The notes under the pieces are model-generated. The model ran no database searches. It saw only the letters and a program-made list of their open reading frames with translations, and was not told the DNA's origin. From contig JAWMAR010000216.1 in assembly GCA_036785375.1 (NCBI GenBank), forward strand, positions 2,480,001-2,544,000: DNA of 64,000 bases, given 5' to 3'. Within the stretch, counting starts at the first letter, position 1. Each line of letters starts with the position of its first letter. Both the position numbers and the translations under genes were made by a program. This document shows, one piece after another, positions 11,811 through 23,331 of the stretch. The DNA comes from Leucoraja ocellata (lineage: Eukaryota).

Positions 11811-14800
11811 TGTATTTAGTAAGAGCTGCAAGAACAGTGAGTGCAAACCAGATGAACTTGCGCTGGCTGATCCTAGGTTCTGTTTTTTAAGGGTAAATGC
11901 ATAAATAGACTGACTCCAGACCAGACAGTGGGACATCCTAAGAAAAATTATTGGAAATATGTTTTTCTTTTAATGCCGCACGTCAAGGAATTCAGCATGT
12001 ATTTGTTAAGGAAAGGTAGTTACTATCTATTGAGGATAAAAACAAAGGGGATTGATGAGGATATTTTATGCTCGTTGTTTGACACTTTTTGCTCTGAAGC
12101 ATGTGTCCAGCTCTCATTTGAAGGCCAGCTTAGATTCTCCACTTTCCACATGTTTTCTGTAATCAGTTCCAGAAGGCTCATAATTCTTTGAAAAGAACCA
12201 CAATATAAGAATGTACTGCATTGGAAAAGAAGAGCAAGTCTAGGCTGTGCTACCCAAACATTTGTTCCAAAGTTCAAGATCATGGCTGATCCTTCCTCTC
12301 AAGTGTCATAATTTGGATTCTCACTTGATACCATGAATCTTTCAATCTCCACTTTGAATTAACTAGCTTACTGAGCATCCACAGATTTCTGTTTGTAACA
12401 TTTTAAAGATCAGCGATTTTAAGTGAAGAAATTTCTCTGCTTCTCTGATCTAAATGGTTCTCTTTATCCCGATACAATTTTACCACCACCTCTTCCCTCA
12501 CAATTCTAGGCTCTGCACACAGCAAATTGGCTTTACAGCCTCTATCTGTCCCACATTTTCAGAATCTGGCGTCTTTCAATTAAATACTGCTAATTTTTCT
12601 CAACTCCATTGAGTATTTGCAAAACTTACATAATGTGTCCTCAGTTTATGTCTGCTGCACTGATTCCAAGGCAACTATATCCTTTTGTTACTGAGGCCTA
12701 TACGGCACACTGTAGACCAGCTGTTGTCATCAAAGCCACGTACAATTGCTGTAAGACTACTTTAGTGTTCCGTATCATACCTATGGCAAAAAGGACAATT
12801 AATTTATTATTATTTTCTCCCCTTGTTTATTCTTTTACGCACAAGGACATCCAGATTAATTTGACCAGCATATGCTTAGATATTTTCCAATTTTTCATAG
12901 CATAAGAAATAATGCTATATATAGTCCCCCTTATTTTTCTCCATCGTTACTTCAATCTTACCTAAAGATAGCATTCTCTAATTATGACTCCAATCTCCCA
13001 CCCCTTTCTATTTTGCCTCACTTCATCTATTAACATATTGGAAATACGTATGTTACCATCTCATTTTATTCGTAATAAAGAATGCTTCAACTTGTGGAGC
13101 GTTTTGTGATTGAAAGTAATTACCATGAATAGAAATGATTTTGGTTTTCTTTGTTTATTCTCTCCTCTCCATTTGGCTAAAATGTTTAAAATATAATTCC
13201 ACCAAATCCTGTTCAGCTCGAGAATAATGTCCTATCAAAGCAGTGTAGAATTTCAAATCTGGTTATGGTCAGTGCCCCAGAACTGAATATTTCTGAATAG
13301 TTTTAGTCATTGGAAAATTTACTACAAGTTTTGGACTTTCTGTAATATATATTACATTACCTGATGGATCTGTAACATACATTTAGGCTCTCTAAATAAA
13401 TTTTACCCCAATACTATAGGCAATAATGTTATAACCATGAATGCCTTGGGCAGAAATGTTTGTTTTAAATGTATTGATTGGGCTGTTTTAATATGGTCCT
13501 GTTGATGATGCCACTTCTTGCTTCTATTTGGAATTGGTAACTTTTCAATTTTCAAAACAATTCGCAGATGGTGTGAGTGAACAGTAGAAGGGAAGAACAG
13601 GTTAAATCAATAGTAGGTGTTCTTTTTGTAACCACAGTAAAGATGCACAGCCTCTTCGTATACATATTATATTGGGACTTGAGAGATTCCATCATCAATA
13701 GCTTTATGACAACTAGTTTATCCCATTGCCTCCATGCTCCATTCATATTTGAAGTATTCTATTTTGTATATGTAATTTACCTTTTCACTGCACAAGCATA
13801 AACTATTGTGTTGCCATGTCTTCCTGATGCTGAAAACATTTAATTTGCAATATTCTTAAACATACTGGATAGGAAATTAAGATTTGAAGTCTGCACATCA
13901 ACTTTGTTGTAAATGGTGTCCTAAATGTGACCAATATTTGCTGATGTGAGATTGGGAATCTGGATCTTTAGGGGAAAGATTGTGTATGCTGGACTAATTG
14001 AAAAGTTCAACTGGTCTTTAGCTAGTGACATCAAGGGAAAAGGAATAAAGATGGCAAATAACCTTGAGCTGACCTACAATCCAAGTCAGTACTGAATGGT
14101 CCACTCTTGTACAGGTTAGTGACAATGGCGTAGTCTGGTTTGTTACATTGAGAAGGGTGGAGGTTTTTCTTTTGCATGTTTTCATTATGCATGCCTGTGC
14201 AGTAGGTGTGCTTGGACAGACATTGGAATTTATGGAAATGTAAAATGAGACCTTTGGAAGTCAGTAATACTCAACCTTCGTAGTCTTTTGTGTAAATTGA
14301 GATAAATTAAATGGTACTCTTCACCCAAAATGTTGTAGTAATCAATGACTGGAATTAAATTTCCATTAAACTTCCATCAAGATATTGAGAATATATCTGG
14401 TCAGCATTATGATTGATGAATTGCTCCACAAGCCAAGTTATAGATTGTGCATTGGAGAATTGAATAAAATACTGAAATTTAAATCACTGTGTGAAGTTGG
14501 ATGGAAAATTGTTAGAGAGGCCCCAATTACTATTTTTAAGTCTGACTTTTTTATTGTATGTAGTTTGTAATTATAAAAAATCCAACATAATTTTGGTAGG
14601 ATCTATCCTTTTGCATCTGATAGCATGTAAAGTTTGCAGCCTCCTTGTTGGTTATGTGCTCTAACTGATTTATGCTGGCCTTTATACATAACACAAAGTT
14701 TGTTCTGGTTCATTTGCTTCTTCCTATCCTCATCTTTATATTTCTATTCTCATCCCTATTCATGCCTTTCACATGCTGTTCCTGTTTTCTTGGTATCGGC

Positions 14801-15444
14801 TTCATGTGCAAAGTAAATTCCACACCATTAATGTACTCCTTCAAAGGAAATTGCTCTTAAAACTTTTTTTCATCATTGGTATCCTATGTATTCTCCTTCA
14901 CTCTGGGCTCACCCAGAAGTGGAAACAGTTTCTCCGTGTTCTTCCTATCAAACCTGTTTATAATTATAAAGAGTTCTATCAGAACTTAATGTCTTTACTT
15001 TGGAACCGAAAAGTCTGAGCTTAGATTGTATATTTTGTTTGGGCTGTGCTAGAGCAGATATGGCATTACATGGTGGAAAGGATACAAGGAAGACAGTTAG
15101 CAAAACTTGGAATTGCAGACACTTTTGTCACTCCAGCAGAAATTAAAGGTCTGATCTGTTAGAATTAAAAAAATTCTGATAAGCTATGAATAGGCTAAAA
15201 AATAGCGAGAGGGCATTAACAGGCTAAAAAATAGCGAGAGGGAATTATCGCAAGATTGAAAGAGGAAGTTGGACATATTTCACACACTGTTCAAATTTAA
15301 TGTTTTGTTTAAACTTGGCAATTAAAACAGAATCTGTAACATGAAGAATCGTTTAAATGAACATTATTTTTCATGAAAAGATAAGGCTAGGAAACTTACA
15401 TGTGGACTATTGGGGGGGGGGGGGGGGGGGTTGCGAGGGTTAGA

Positions 15445-17352
15445 AACATAGGTGCAGGAGTAGGCCATTTGGCCCTTCAAGCCAGCACCGCCATTCAATA
15501 TGATCATGGCTGATAATCTAAAATCAGTACCTTGTTCCTGCTTTTTCCCCATATCCCTTGATTCCTTTAGCCCTAAGAGCTAAATCTAACTCTTAAAAAC
15601 ATCCAGTGAATTGGCCTCCACTGCCTTCTGTGGCAGAGAATTCCACTCATTCACAACTCTCTGGGTGAAAAGGTTTTTCCTCATCTCAGTCCTAAATGAC
15701 CTACCCCTTATTCTTAAACTGTGACCTCTGGTTCTGGACTCCCCCAACATCGGGACCATTTTTCCTGCATCTAACCTGTCCAATCCTTTGAGAATTTTAT
15801 ATGCTTCTGTAAGATCTCCTCTCATCCTTCTAAATTCCAGTGAATACAAGCCCAGTCGACCCATTCTTCATCATATGTCAGTCCCGCCATCCTGGCAATT
15901 AACCTGGTGAACCTACACTACATTCCCTCAATAGCAATAATGTCCTTCCTCAAATTAGGAGACCAAAATGGCACACAATACTCCAGATGAGGTCTCACCA
16001 GGGCCCTGTACAACGACAGTAGGACCTTCTTGCTCCTAAACTCAAATCATCTCGCAAATGAAGGCCACCATGCCATTAGCTTTCTTCACTGCCTGCTGTA
16101 TCTGCAGTGACTGATGTACAAGCGCACCCATGTCTTGTTGCGACTCCCCTTTTCCTAATATGACACCATTCAGATAATAATCTGCCTTCCAGTTTCTGCC
16201 ACTAAAGTATATCACCTCACATTTATCTACATTATACTGCATCTGCCATGTATCTGCCCACTCACCCAACCTATCCAAGTCACCCTGCTGTCTCATAGCA
16301 TCCTCCTCGCAGCTCACACTGCCACCCAGTTTTGTGTCATCCGCAAACTTATAGATGGTACTTTTAATTCCCTCTAAATCGTTAATATATATTGTAAATA
16401 ACTGGGTTCCCAGCACCGTGCCTTGTGGCACCCCACTAGTCACTGCCTGCCATTCTGAAAAGAACCTGTTAATTCCTACTCTTTGCTTCCTGTCCTCCAA
16501 CCAGTTTTCTATCCATGTCAATACCCAATACCATGTACTCTAATTTTGCGCACTAATCTCTTGTGTGGGACCTTGTCAAAGGCTTTTTGAAATTCAAGAT
16601 ACACCATATCCACTGGGTCTCCCTTATCTATTCTTGTTACATCCTCAAAAAAATCCAGAAGATTAGTCAAGCATGATTTCCTCTTCATAAATCCATGCTG
16701 ACTTTGACCAATCCTGTCACTGCTTCCAAATGCACTGTAATTACATCTTTAATAATCAACTCGAGCATCTTCCCCATTACCGATGTAAGGCTAACTGGTC
16801 TATAATTCCCCGTTTTCTCTCTTCCTCCTTTCTTAAAAAGTGGAGTTACATTATCTACCCTCCAGTCCACAGGAACTGATCCAGAGTCAATAGAACATAG
16901 AAAAATCCGATTCAGATTCAGATTCAAATTCAATTTTAATTGTCATTGTCAGTGTACAGTACAGAGACAACGAAATGCATTTAGCATCTCCCTTGAAGAG
17001 CGACATAGCAAACGATTTGAATTAAAAAAAAATAATAATAATAATAAGTGTCCGGGGGGGGGTGATTGGCAGTCACCGAGGTACGTTGTTTAGTAGAGTG
17101 ACAGCCGCCGGAAAGAAGCTGTTCCTCGACCTGCTGGTTCGGCAACGGAGAGACCTGTAGCGCCTCCCGGATGGTAGGAGGGTAAACAGTCCATGGTTGG
17201 GGTGAGAGCAGAATGAGAGAAAAATGATCATCAATGCATCCACAATTTCTCGGGCCACGACCTTGAGTATTCTGGTATACAGACCATCAGGCCCTGGGGA
17301 TTTATCTGCGTTCAGTCCCTAACAGTTTACCTAACACCATTTCCTGACTAAT
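15445..17352 (-). mobile_element. CR1/HER1 LINE, 5'-truncated, decayed ORF2 (reverse transcriptase)
   Basis: ORF fragments PLFKKGGREKTGNYRPVSLTSV, SGVPQGTVLG..LFTIYINDL, KFADDTKLGG, LGLYSLEFRRMRGDL. Confidence 0.95.
16907..17217 (-). mobile_element. Rex1/Babar-type LINE 3' end nested in the CR1
   Basis: SHPNHGLFTLLPSGRRYRSLRCRTSRSRNSFFPAAVTLLN is the Rex1-type C-terminus. (tctgaa)n tail; TSD agaaaaat at 16899-16906 and 17218-17225. Confidence 0.85.
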
Positions 17353-18249
17353 GCTAGAGTATGGATACTGGAGTTTTGCTTGGGATGTTGATGGAAGGTG
17401 CTTGATTGTAGGACGGCTGGAAGAATGATGGAATATTAGAGCTAGATGTTACTTAGAAAGTAAGCAGGGCAGAGGGGCAGACATTGGAGTGGATGCTGGC
17501 AATAGTTACGGAGGTGCAATCTTAACAAAGGGTCGCATGTCATCCTAGTAACACCATATGTTTGTGCGTTGTTGACTAATCATGCAGAAAAGCATTTACT
17601 TTACATGTTTGTGTTCTTCATGCCTGCAGTTCGATAATCATTCCAGTAATTGAATATGAGGCAATTAAAAATGCCACCTAATTATTGCCATCCTTTTATC
17701 AATTTATCATGGTTCAGTTCCATAAACTTAGCATTAAAATTTATATTCAATATCAAACCCATCCAATTAGTAAAATGCTACTTCTTTCTGGGCTGTAAAT
17801 GTAACACTGACCCAAGTGAAATTATAGTCATGCACCACTTATTTTGTTTTGCAACCTGTAAACCAGACAAACTTTAAAAAAAATGATGATTGTAAATCTT
17901 TTCATGTCTTGCTTCCAGCATGCATCCGTCAATTTTCAGAGCACTAGAAATATTACATGTGAGCTAGCGATTTCCTGTTTATATTAACTAAGTATGTTTG
18001 TATTTGCTGATTGGGTGTGGGCATTTCTGATTAGGTGGGTACTTTTTGGTCCATCCCGAGTTGCCAGTGTTCTGCTTTGAGATGGTGAAAGGAATTCTGT
18101 AGATTTTTGAGAGCCTTGTCGCTCACTTCCAAGAATACATTTGAATTATTTTATATTTGCAGTTATTATATTATGGACCTACTAATATAAATGTGGAGAA
18201 GACTAATCTTTGAGTTCTGTGACATACTTACTTGTGGTTTTAAGAACCT

Positions 18250-19000
18250 GGGAATGTATGACCAGGAATAGGCCACTCAGTTCCTCAAGACTGCACCACC
18301 GTTCGGTGTGATCATGGCTGATCAGTCCCAGGTCTCATTCCCTATCCATAGCTCTCAATTCACTGAGAGCTCTGTCAAAAATGTATCTTTAAATACTTCC
18401 AGTAATCTAACATCAATGACTGTGTGGTAGAGTGTTCTAGAGGTTCACCCCTGCAAGAGAAAATTCCTACATACACATGACTTCCTTCTGTTTGTGGTGT
18501 AACAAGACTCTGATCCTGGAATTATCCGAGTGAATGGCTTTTGGACTGCCTTCAATGCTAGCTTATACTGTCTTAAAGAAGCAGACCAAAGTTGCACAGT
18601 ACACCAAAATGTGGCCTCGGTATTACCCTGTGCAGTTCTAACAATGTTTCCCCATTTCAAAATGCCAACTCTCGTCTAGTAAAGGCCAATGTGCCATTTG
18701 CCTTCCCAACCACTTGTGTGCACTAACACACCTAGATCCCTTGCACTCGGTTCATTTGCAGTCTTCAGCCATTAAGAGTAATCTTTTAGATTTCTCTTCC
18801 TGAATGAAGCATTTGATTTGACATTTTTCCATATTAAACTCAAATTGCCAAGTTTACACTCTCATTTAAAAGCATCTTGCTCTTGAATGATTTGAATATC
18901 CCTGTGATCTCTATTTTAAAGTTGTTGATAAACCTTGCACGAGGGGCCATTGACATGAAATAATTGGAGGCCAAGATATAATCCTTGAGGCACCTCTCTT
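18250..19000 (-). mobile_element. Old CR1 LINE fragment
   Basis: ORF-like CTVQLWSASLRQYKLALKAVQKPFTRIIPG (cf. YCVQFWSP...ALEGVQRRFTRLIPG) plus a CR1 tail. Confidence 0.75.
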
Positions 19001-19954
19001 CCAGCCTGAAAAATATGATTTTATCCCCAAATCTCTGCCTTCAATTCGATATGTTCAATTCATATTAACGCACTTCTCTTCCTCCTCCTCTCTTTTTTTC
19101 CTCTTCCCGCCCCGCCCCCCCTCCCCCCCATATCAGGAGCTCTTATCTTGTGCATCAGCTTTTTATGTGGCATTTTTATCATATTTCCAGTGAGTGTGAT
19201 TTCATTAATTGTTTCCAAAGTGCCCCCCAACCAGTTGAAAATGTATTGAACAACAGGAAGAATAATTGAGCTTTTGCTTTGCATTTGGAAATGTGTAATT
19301 GAGCTTCAGACGCCCTAAATTGAATGCAAAATTGAACTTCAGACACACTAAATGTAGCTCTGCTTCCCAGCTTGTGCCACGGTTGCCTACTTTGCTTGCC
19401 AGGTGAAGAAAACCTTTCTGATCTTAACATGGGCAGCTGTTTCCATAAGCTATGCAAAAAGGAGATCCTCTGGGGAATTGTGTTCATGAGGACGTTGACC
19501 TACTTTCAAATGTAGTAATAAAATGTGCAATAACTTTGAGACATAATTTGATATACAAAGATTTCCATTGGAATATTATTTTGGAGTCACAAGCTCTGCA
19601 GGTGTTAGAATTTGAAATGCATCAGTAATGGAGCTCAACAATTGAGCAGCATATTGGAGTAATCCATGTTGTTGGCCAATATTTTTGTTTTTCTTGTACA
19701 TTTCTTCGGTGGTACGTCGTCAATGGAAATGTAAACTCTTTCTCCTTCCATAGATGCTGCTTGACCTGAGTATTTCTAACACTTTCAGGTATATTACTTA
19801 ATCACATCTGTTTATTGCCAGCAGGTGTAAATGCATTGCATAAAGAAATAAAATGTGGGAAGGAAGAATATAGGACTATGGTGATGGAGCCATGTTGGAA
19901 TCCTGTGTATGATGCAGTGATTAATATTCCAGGTATCTCCTTATCTCGAAGGAG

Positions 19955-20770
19955 AAAAGTGCTTGAGTAATTCAGTGGGCCAGACAGCATCCTTGGAGAA
20001 CATGAATAGGTGACATTTCAGGTCAGGATCCTTCTTCAGATGTTCCTCCACCGCCCTTCACATTCAACAGTGCATTCTTCATATTTTTCATCATGGCCTC
20101 CTCTTTTCAGCATTTAAAATGGACCTCTCTGGAGTCCCGGTTTGCATTTCCATTTCCACCGACCATTCTTTCCTCGTGGCACTTTTCCCATGCAACTGCA
20201 ATGGATAAGATTCCTGTTTTGTTTAATGTCTTTCAGGCACACAAACAGGCCTTTACAATCTAGTGTATTGCATCGAATGTTTATGACGTGGTCTTTTGTG
20301 CACGAGAGAAACCAAATACAGATTGGATGACTGTTTTACAGAACATCTCCAGTCAGAAGTAAGGTCAACCCTGAACTTCTGTTTTCATTTTTTATCTCAA
20401 TCCTTCTCTGATCCCTCTGTCTTTGTTACCTATTTTGCTCTAATGTTATGCAATGTGGTCTGGTGGAACAATCGTCTGTCTGGTTACATTGTGGCTTAAG
20501 TTACCCATCTGGTAACTTCCTTTTTTTATATTTATTCCACTCCTTGTGGCTGTATATTCCTGTTTCAATTTTCTTTTTTCTCTCTTCTGTCTATAATTGT
20601 TGGTTTTTAAAGTAATTATTACCTTGACAACTTTGGTCTGCATATTATTACAGACTTTCTGTCTATCTCTTCACCTTCTCCCTATTTGCAATTTGTTTTC
20701 TTGCTTCTCCAGCTCTGATAAAAAGGTTCCTGACCTGATATGTTCATTCTCATTTTCTCCGCACTATCTG
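19955..20770 (+). mobile_element. Decayed Penelope-like element: inverted terminal repeat, GIY-YIG remnant, terminal-repeat remnant
   Basis: Minus-strand hammerhead-family arm at 19955-20040; aatctagtgtattgcatc (NLVYCI) and RETKYRLDDCFTEHLQS resemble PLE YIGETKRRLGDRFAEHLRS; ctgataaaaaggttcctgacctga remnant near 20715. Confidence 0.7.
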
Positions 20771-21509
20771 GCACTTTCTGTACATACCTCTAAATTTAAC
20801 CCGTTATAATTTGTGAAGAGTGAACGGATTCAAAGTCGAATCCATGAAATAAATAAAATTGGTAAATATATTGCAAAACAAAACATGACGCATATTCTAA
20901 ATTTTATAATTTTGCCTTGCATTATGCTGAGCGATCAAAGAATATGTAGATTTGTACATGTCACTTACTGGTCTGACGAACGGTTTTCTTTAAAAATACT
21001 GTGATCCATTATGTGTGTGTTTGTTGGCAGCTGTAAAGAGCTATTTTCCAGCATATGGCAATGTGTTGGAATGTATGCCGTACAGTCATCTGTGTTCCTA
21101 CTGTCACTGTTGCTTAACTCTATGTTGCCAGTCGAGCAGTTGGTATTGAATTCTGAAATCTAGTTCTTGATGTTTTGCTATTGTACAGTCTGAGAGTGCT
21201 TTCAAAAATCATTGTGAATCTATAGGTCCTGCCACCTATCTGCTGCATTTTTGGTTGCCAGTGAACAGATCCATTGTGGAAGGTCATAAAGGCAGTAAAT
21301 ACGTTGAAAATATAGGACAGACAAAGGGTGAGAAACTATTATATCAGTCCTCGACTGCATATTTCTGTAGGACACTGAAGGGAGCCATTCCATCTATCAC
21401 AAATATGCAAGCTCTTAAAATACACCCATCAATACTGATTTTCCCCACTCATTTCCCTATAATCTATTCTCTCTCGCATGCCCATCAATTCCACTCAATT
21501 CTCCTGATG

Positions 21510-21690
21510 TGCAAACTAGGGAGACAATTTTAGCTTAACCCACTAACTTAACAATGTGTCTTTGGGACATGGGAGGAAACTGGAGTACTTGAGAAAACCT
21601 TTGTGGCCACGAGACTTTTTATAGACAGCACTCTGGATCAAAATCTAACCTGTCCCTAAAGTTTTAACTGCTAATCCACTGTCGCCATCC
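21510..21690 (-). mobile_element. Degenerate V-SINE
   Basis: tctttgggacatgggaggaaactggagtac is the V-domain, reverse strand. Confidence 0.6.
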
Positions 21691-21727
21691 CAAATATAAA
21701 TTCAGTAGGTCCAGTTGTCTCACAGTT

Positions 21728-22000
21728 AGACACAAAATGCTAAAGTTACGCAGCAGGACAGGCAGAATCTCCAGAGAGAAGGAATGGGTGACGTTTCGGG
21801 ACGAGACCCTTCTTCAGACTAACCTAAAACTCTAACCTAAAACTCTCCTTACTCACTCTAACCTAAAGGTCTCCAAAGGAACCCCTCTTCTTGGATTCCC
21901 CCGGACGGCCCTCTACTTTCTTAGACCGTTTCATTTCCAACTGCCGCCGGGACATCAACCACCTCAAATTTTCCATTCCCCTTACTCACTCTATCCTAAA
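21728..22000. mobile_element. PLE fragment: minus-strand terminal repeat with near-intact hammerhead core, plus a plus-strand ORF piece
   Basis: Reverse complement of 21787-21820 is agtCTGAAGAagggtctcgtcccGAAAcGTCacc. The downstream piece (one frameshift) reads PSSWIPPDGP..LDRFISNCRRDINHLKFSIPLTHS, resembling the region preceding the PLE RT. Confidence 0.75.
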
Positions 22001-22259
22001 AAACCCAGACTTGTCTCACAGTTAAGTTGTTGATCCATCATTCACAGATCAAAATTTTTGATTCAGTCATGTGCCTTCAAATCCCAGCAGAAGCTAGAAT
22101 CTTGAATAAAACATAAAGTGCTGGATTCATGGCCAGTCTCATTTCCTTCACAGATGCTGCCTGACCCACGGAGTTCCTCCAACACCTTTTGTTTCGAGGG
22201 GGTAATAAGCACTGTTTGGCTACTATTTTAGACTTTTTATAGAGCATATGATTAAGATT

Positions 22260-23220
22260 AATAATAATAATAATAATAATACATTTTATTTGCGGGCGCC
22301 TTTCAAAGTCTCAAGGACACCTTACAGAAAATTAACAAGAGAGAAAAAACATATAGTCGGAGTAAAATAAATAATAAGGACATCACCAATACACATATTA
22401 AAGACAGAATTCGCTCCAAAGACAAAAAATCAAAAACACAATGTGAAGAGAGAGCAGCGGCAGCTAAAGCGCGCCAGCGTCCACTCTCCCTTCCGACAGC
22501 CATCTTGGACACAAACTAACATATTCACATTACACACAAAAAATCATCCCCCCACAATGGATACCACTGTGGGGGAAGGCACAATGTCCAGTCCCCATCC
22601 CCAGTTCTCCCAAAGTCAGGCCTATTGAGGCCTCCGCTATTGCCTCTACGGAGGCCCGATGTTCCTGGCCGTTCTGGCCGGGTGCTGTTGCCCCGGCGTC
22701 GGGAGAGTCCTTTCAGCGGCTGGACCACCTGGAACGGCCGCTTCCTAACTGGGGACCGCGGTTTCCGAAGCCGACAAGGCCGCGCCGGTTTGGAGCTCCC
22801 AGGCTCCCGATGTTAAAGTCGGCGCCGCCCGCTCCGCAGACCCGCAGCCCGGAGGTGTTGATCTCGGCGGTCACAGCTCACCGGAGCTCCAGCGCGGCGA
22901 CCCAGGCAAGGCATCGCCCGCTCCGCGATAGCGCTCCAGCTCTGTGCCGCCACCGAAGCCGAGGTGCTGGGCGGTCCCCGCCAGGAAACGGCGCTCCACG
23001 CCCGCTGGTAGGCCACGAGGACGGGTCGAAGGGGCAGCCCGGAGTAAAAGCTGCCTCACCGACCAGGTAGGGACCTAGAAATATTATTACCCCCTACCCC
23101 CCACATTAAAAAGACTATCTCTCCCACAAACAGGGCACAGGACTAACTAAAACTGCGGGAAAAAAAAGTGAATTAAACGGACGGCTGCTGGTTAGCAGCC
23201 GTTCCCCAAGATGGCTCCTC
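22260..23220 (-). mobile_element. Young GC-rich non-coding retroposon or composite with L2-type 3' tail
   Basis: Reverse complement ends tgtaaggtgtccttgagactttgaaaggcgcc...aataaaatgt(att)n. CpG-rich body with no RT motifs. The same tail occurs at 50005-50137. Confidence 0.65.
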
Positions 23221-23229
23221 CCACATTTG

Positions 23230-23331
23230 AACACTCTGAAGAAGGGTTTCGGCCCGAAACGTTGCCTATTTCCTTCGCTCCATAGATGCTGCTGCACCCG
23301 CTGAGTTTCTCCAGCTTTTTTTTGTGTACCT
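23230..23331 (+). mobile_element. 102-bp solo PLE terminal repeat with intact minimal hammerhead-like core
   Basis: CTGAAGA(23236)-a-GGGT TTCG GCCC-GAAA-cGTT. Perfect 18-bp TSD tggctcctcccacatttg at 23212-23229 and 23332-23349. Confidence 0.85.

Noticed and set aside
15192-15242. 22-bp direct repeat aggctaaaaaatagcgagaggg, and nearby poly-G at 15412-15430
   Set aside because: Simple local duplication and homopolymer with no further structure.
22525-23070. Overlapping ORFs in GC-rich repeat bodies (also 25372-25872)
   Set aside because: They lie inside non-coding mobile elements and show no protein motifs.
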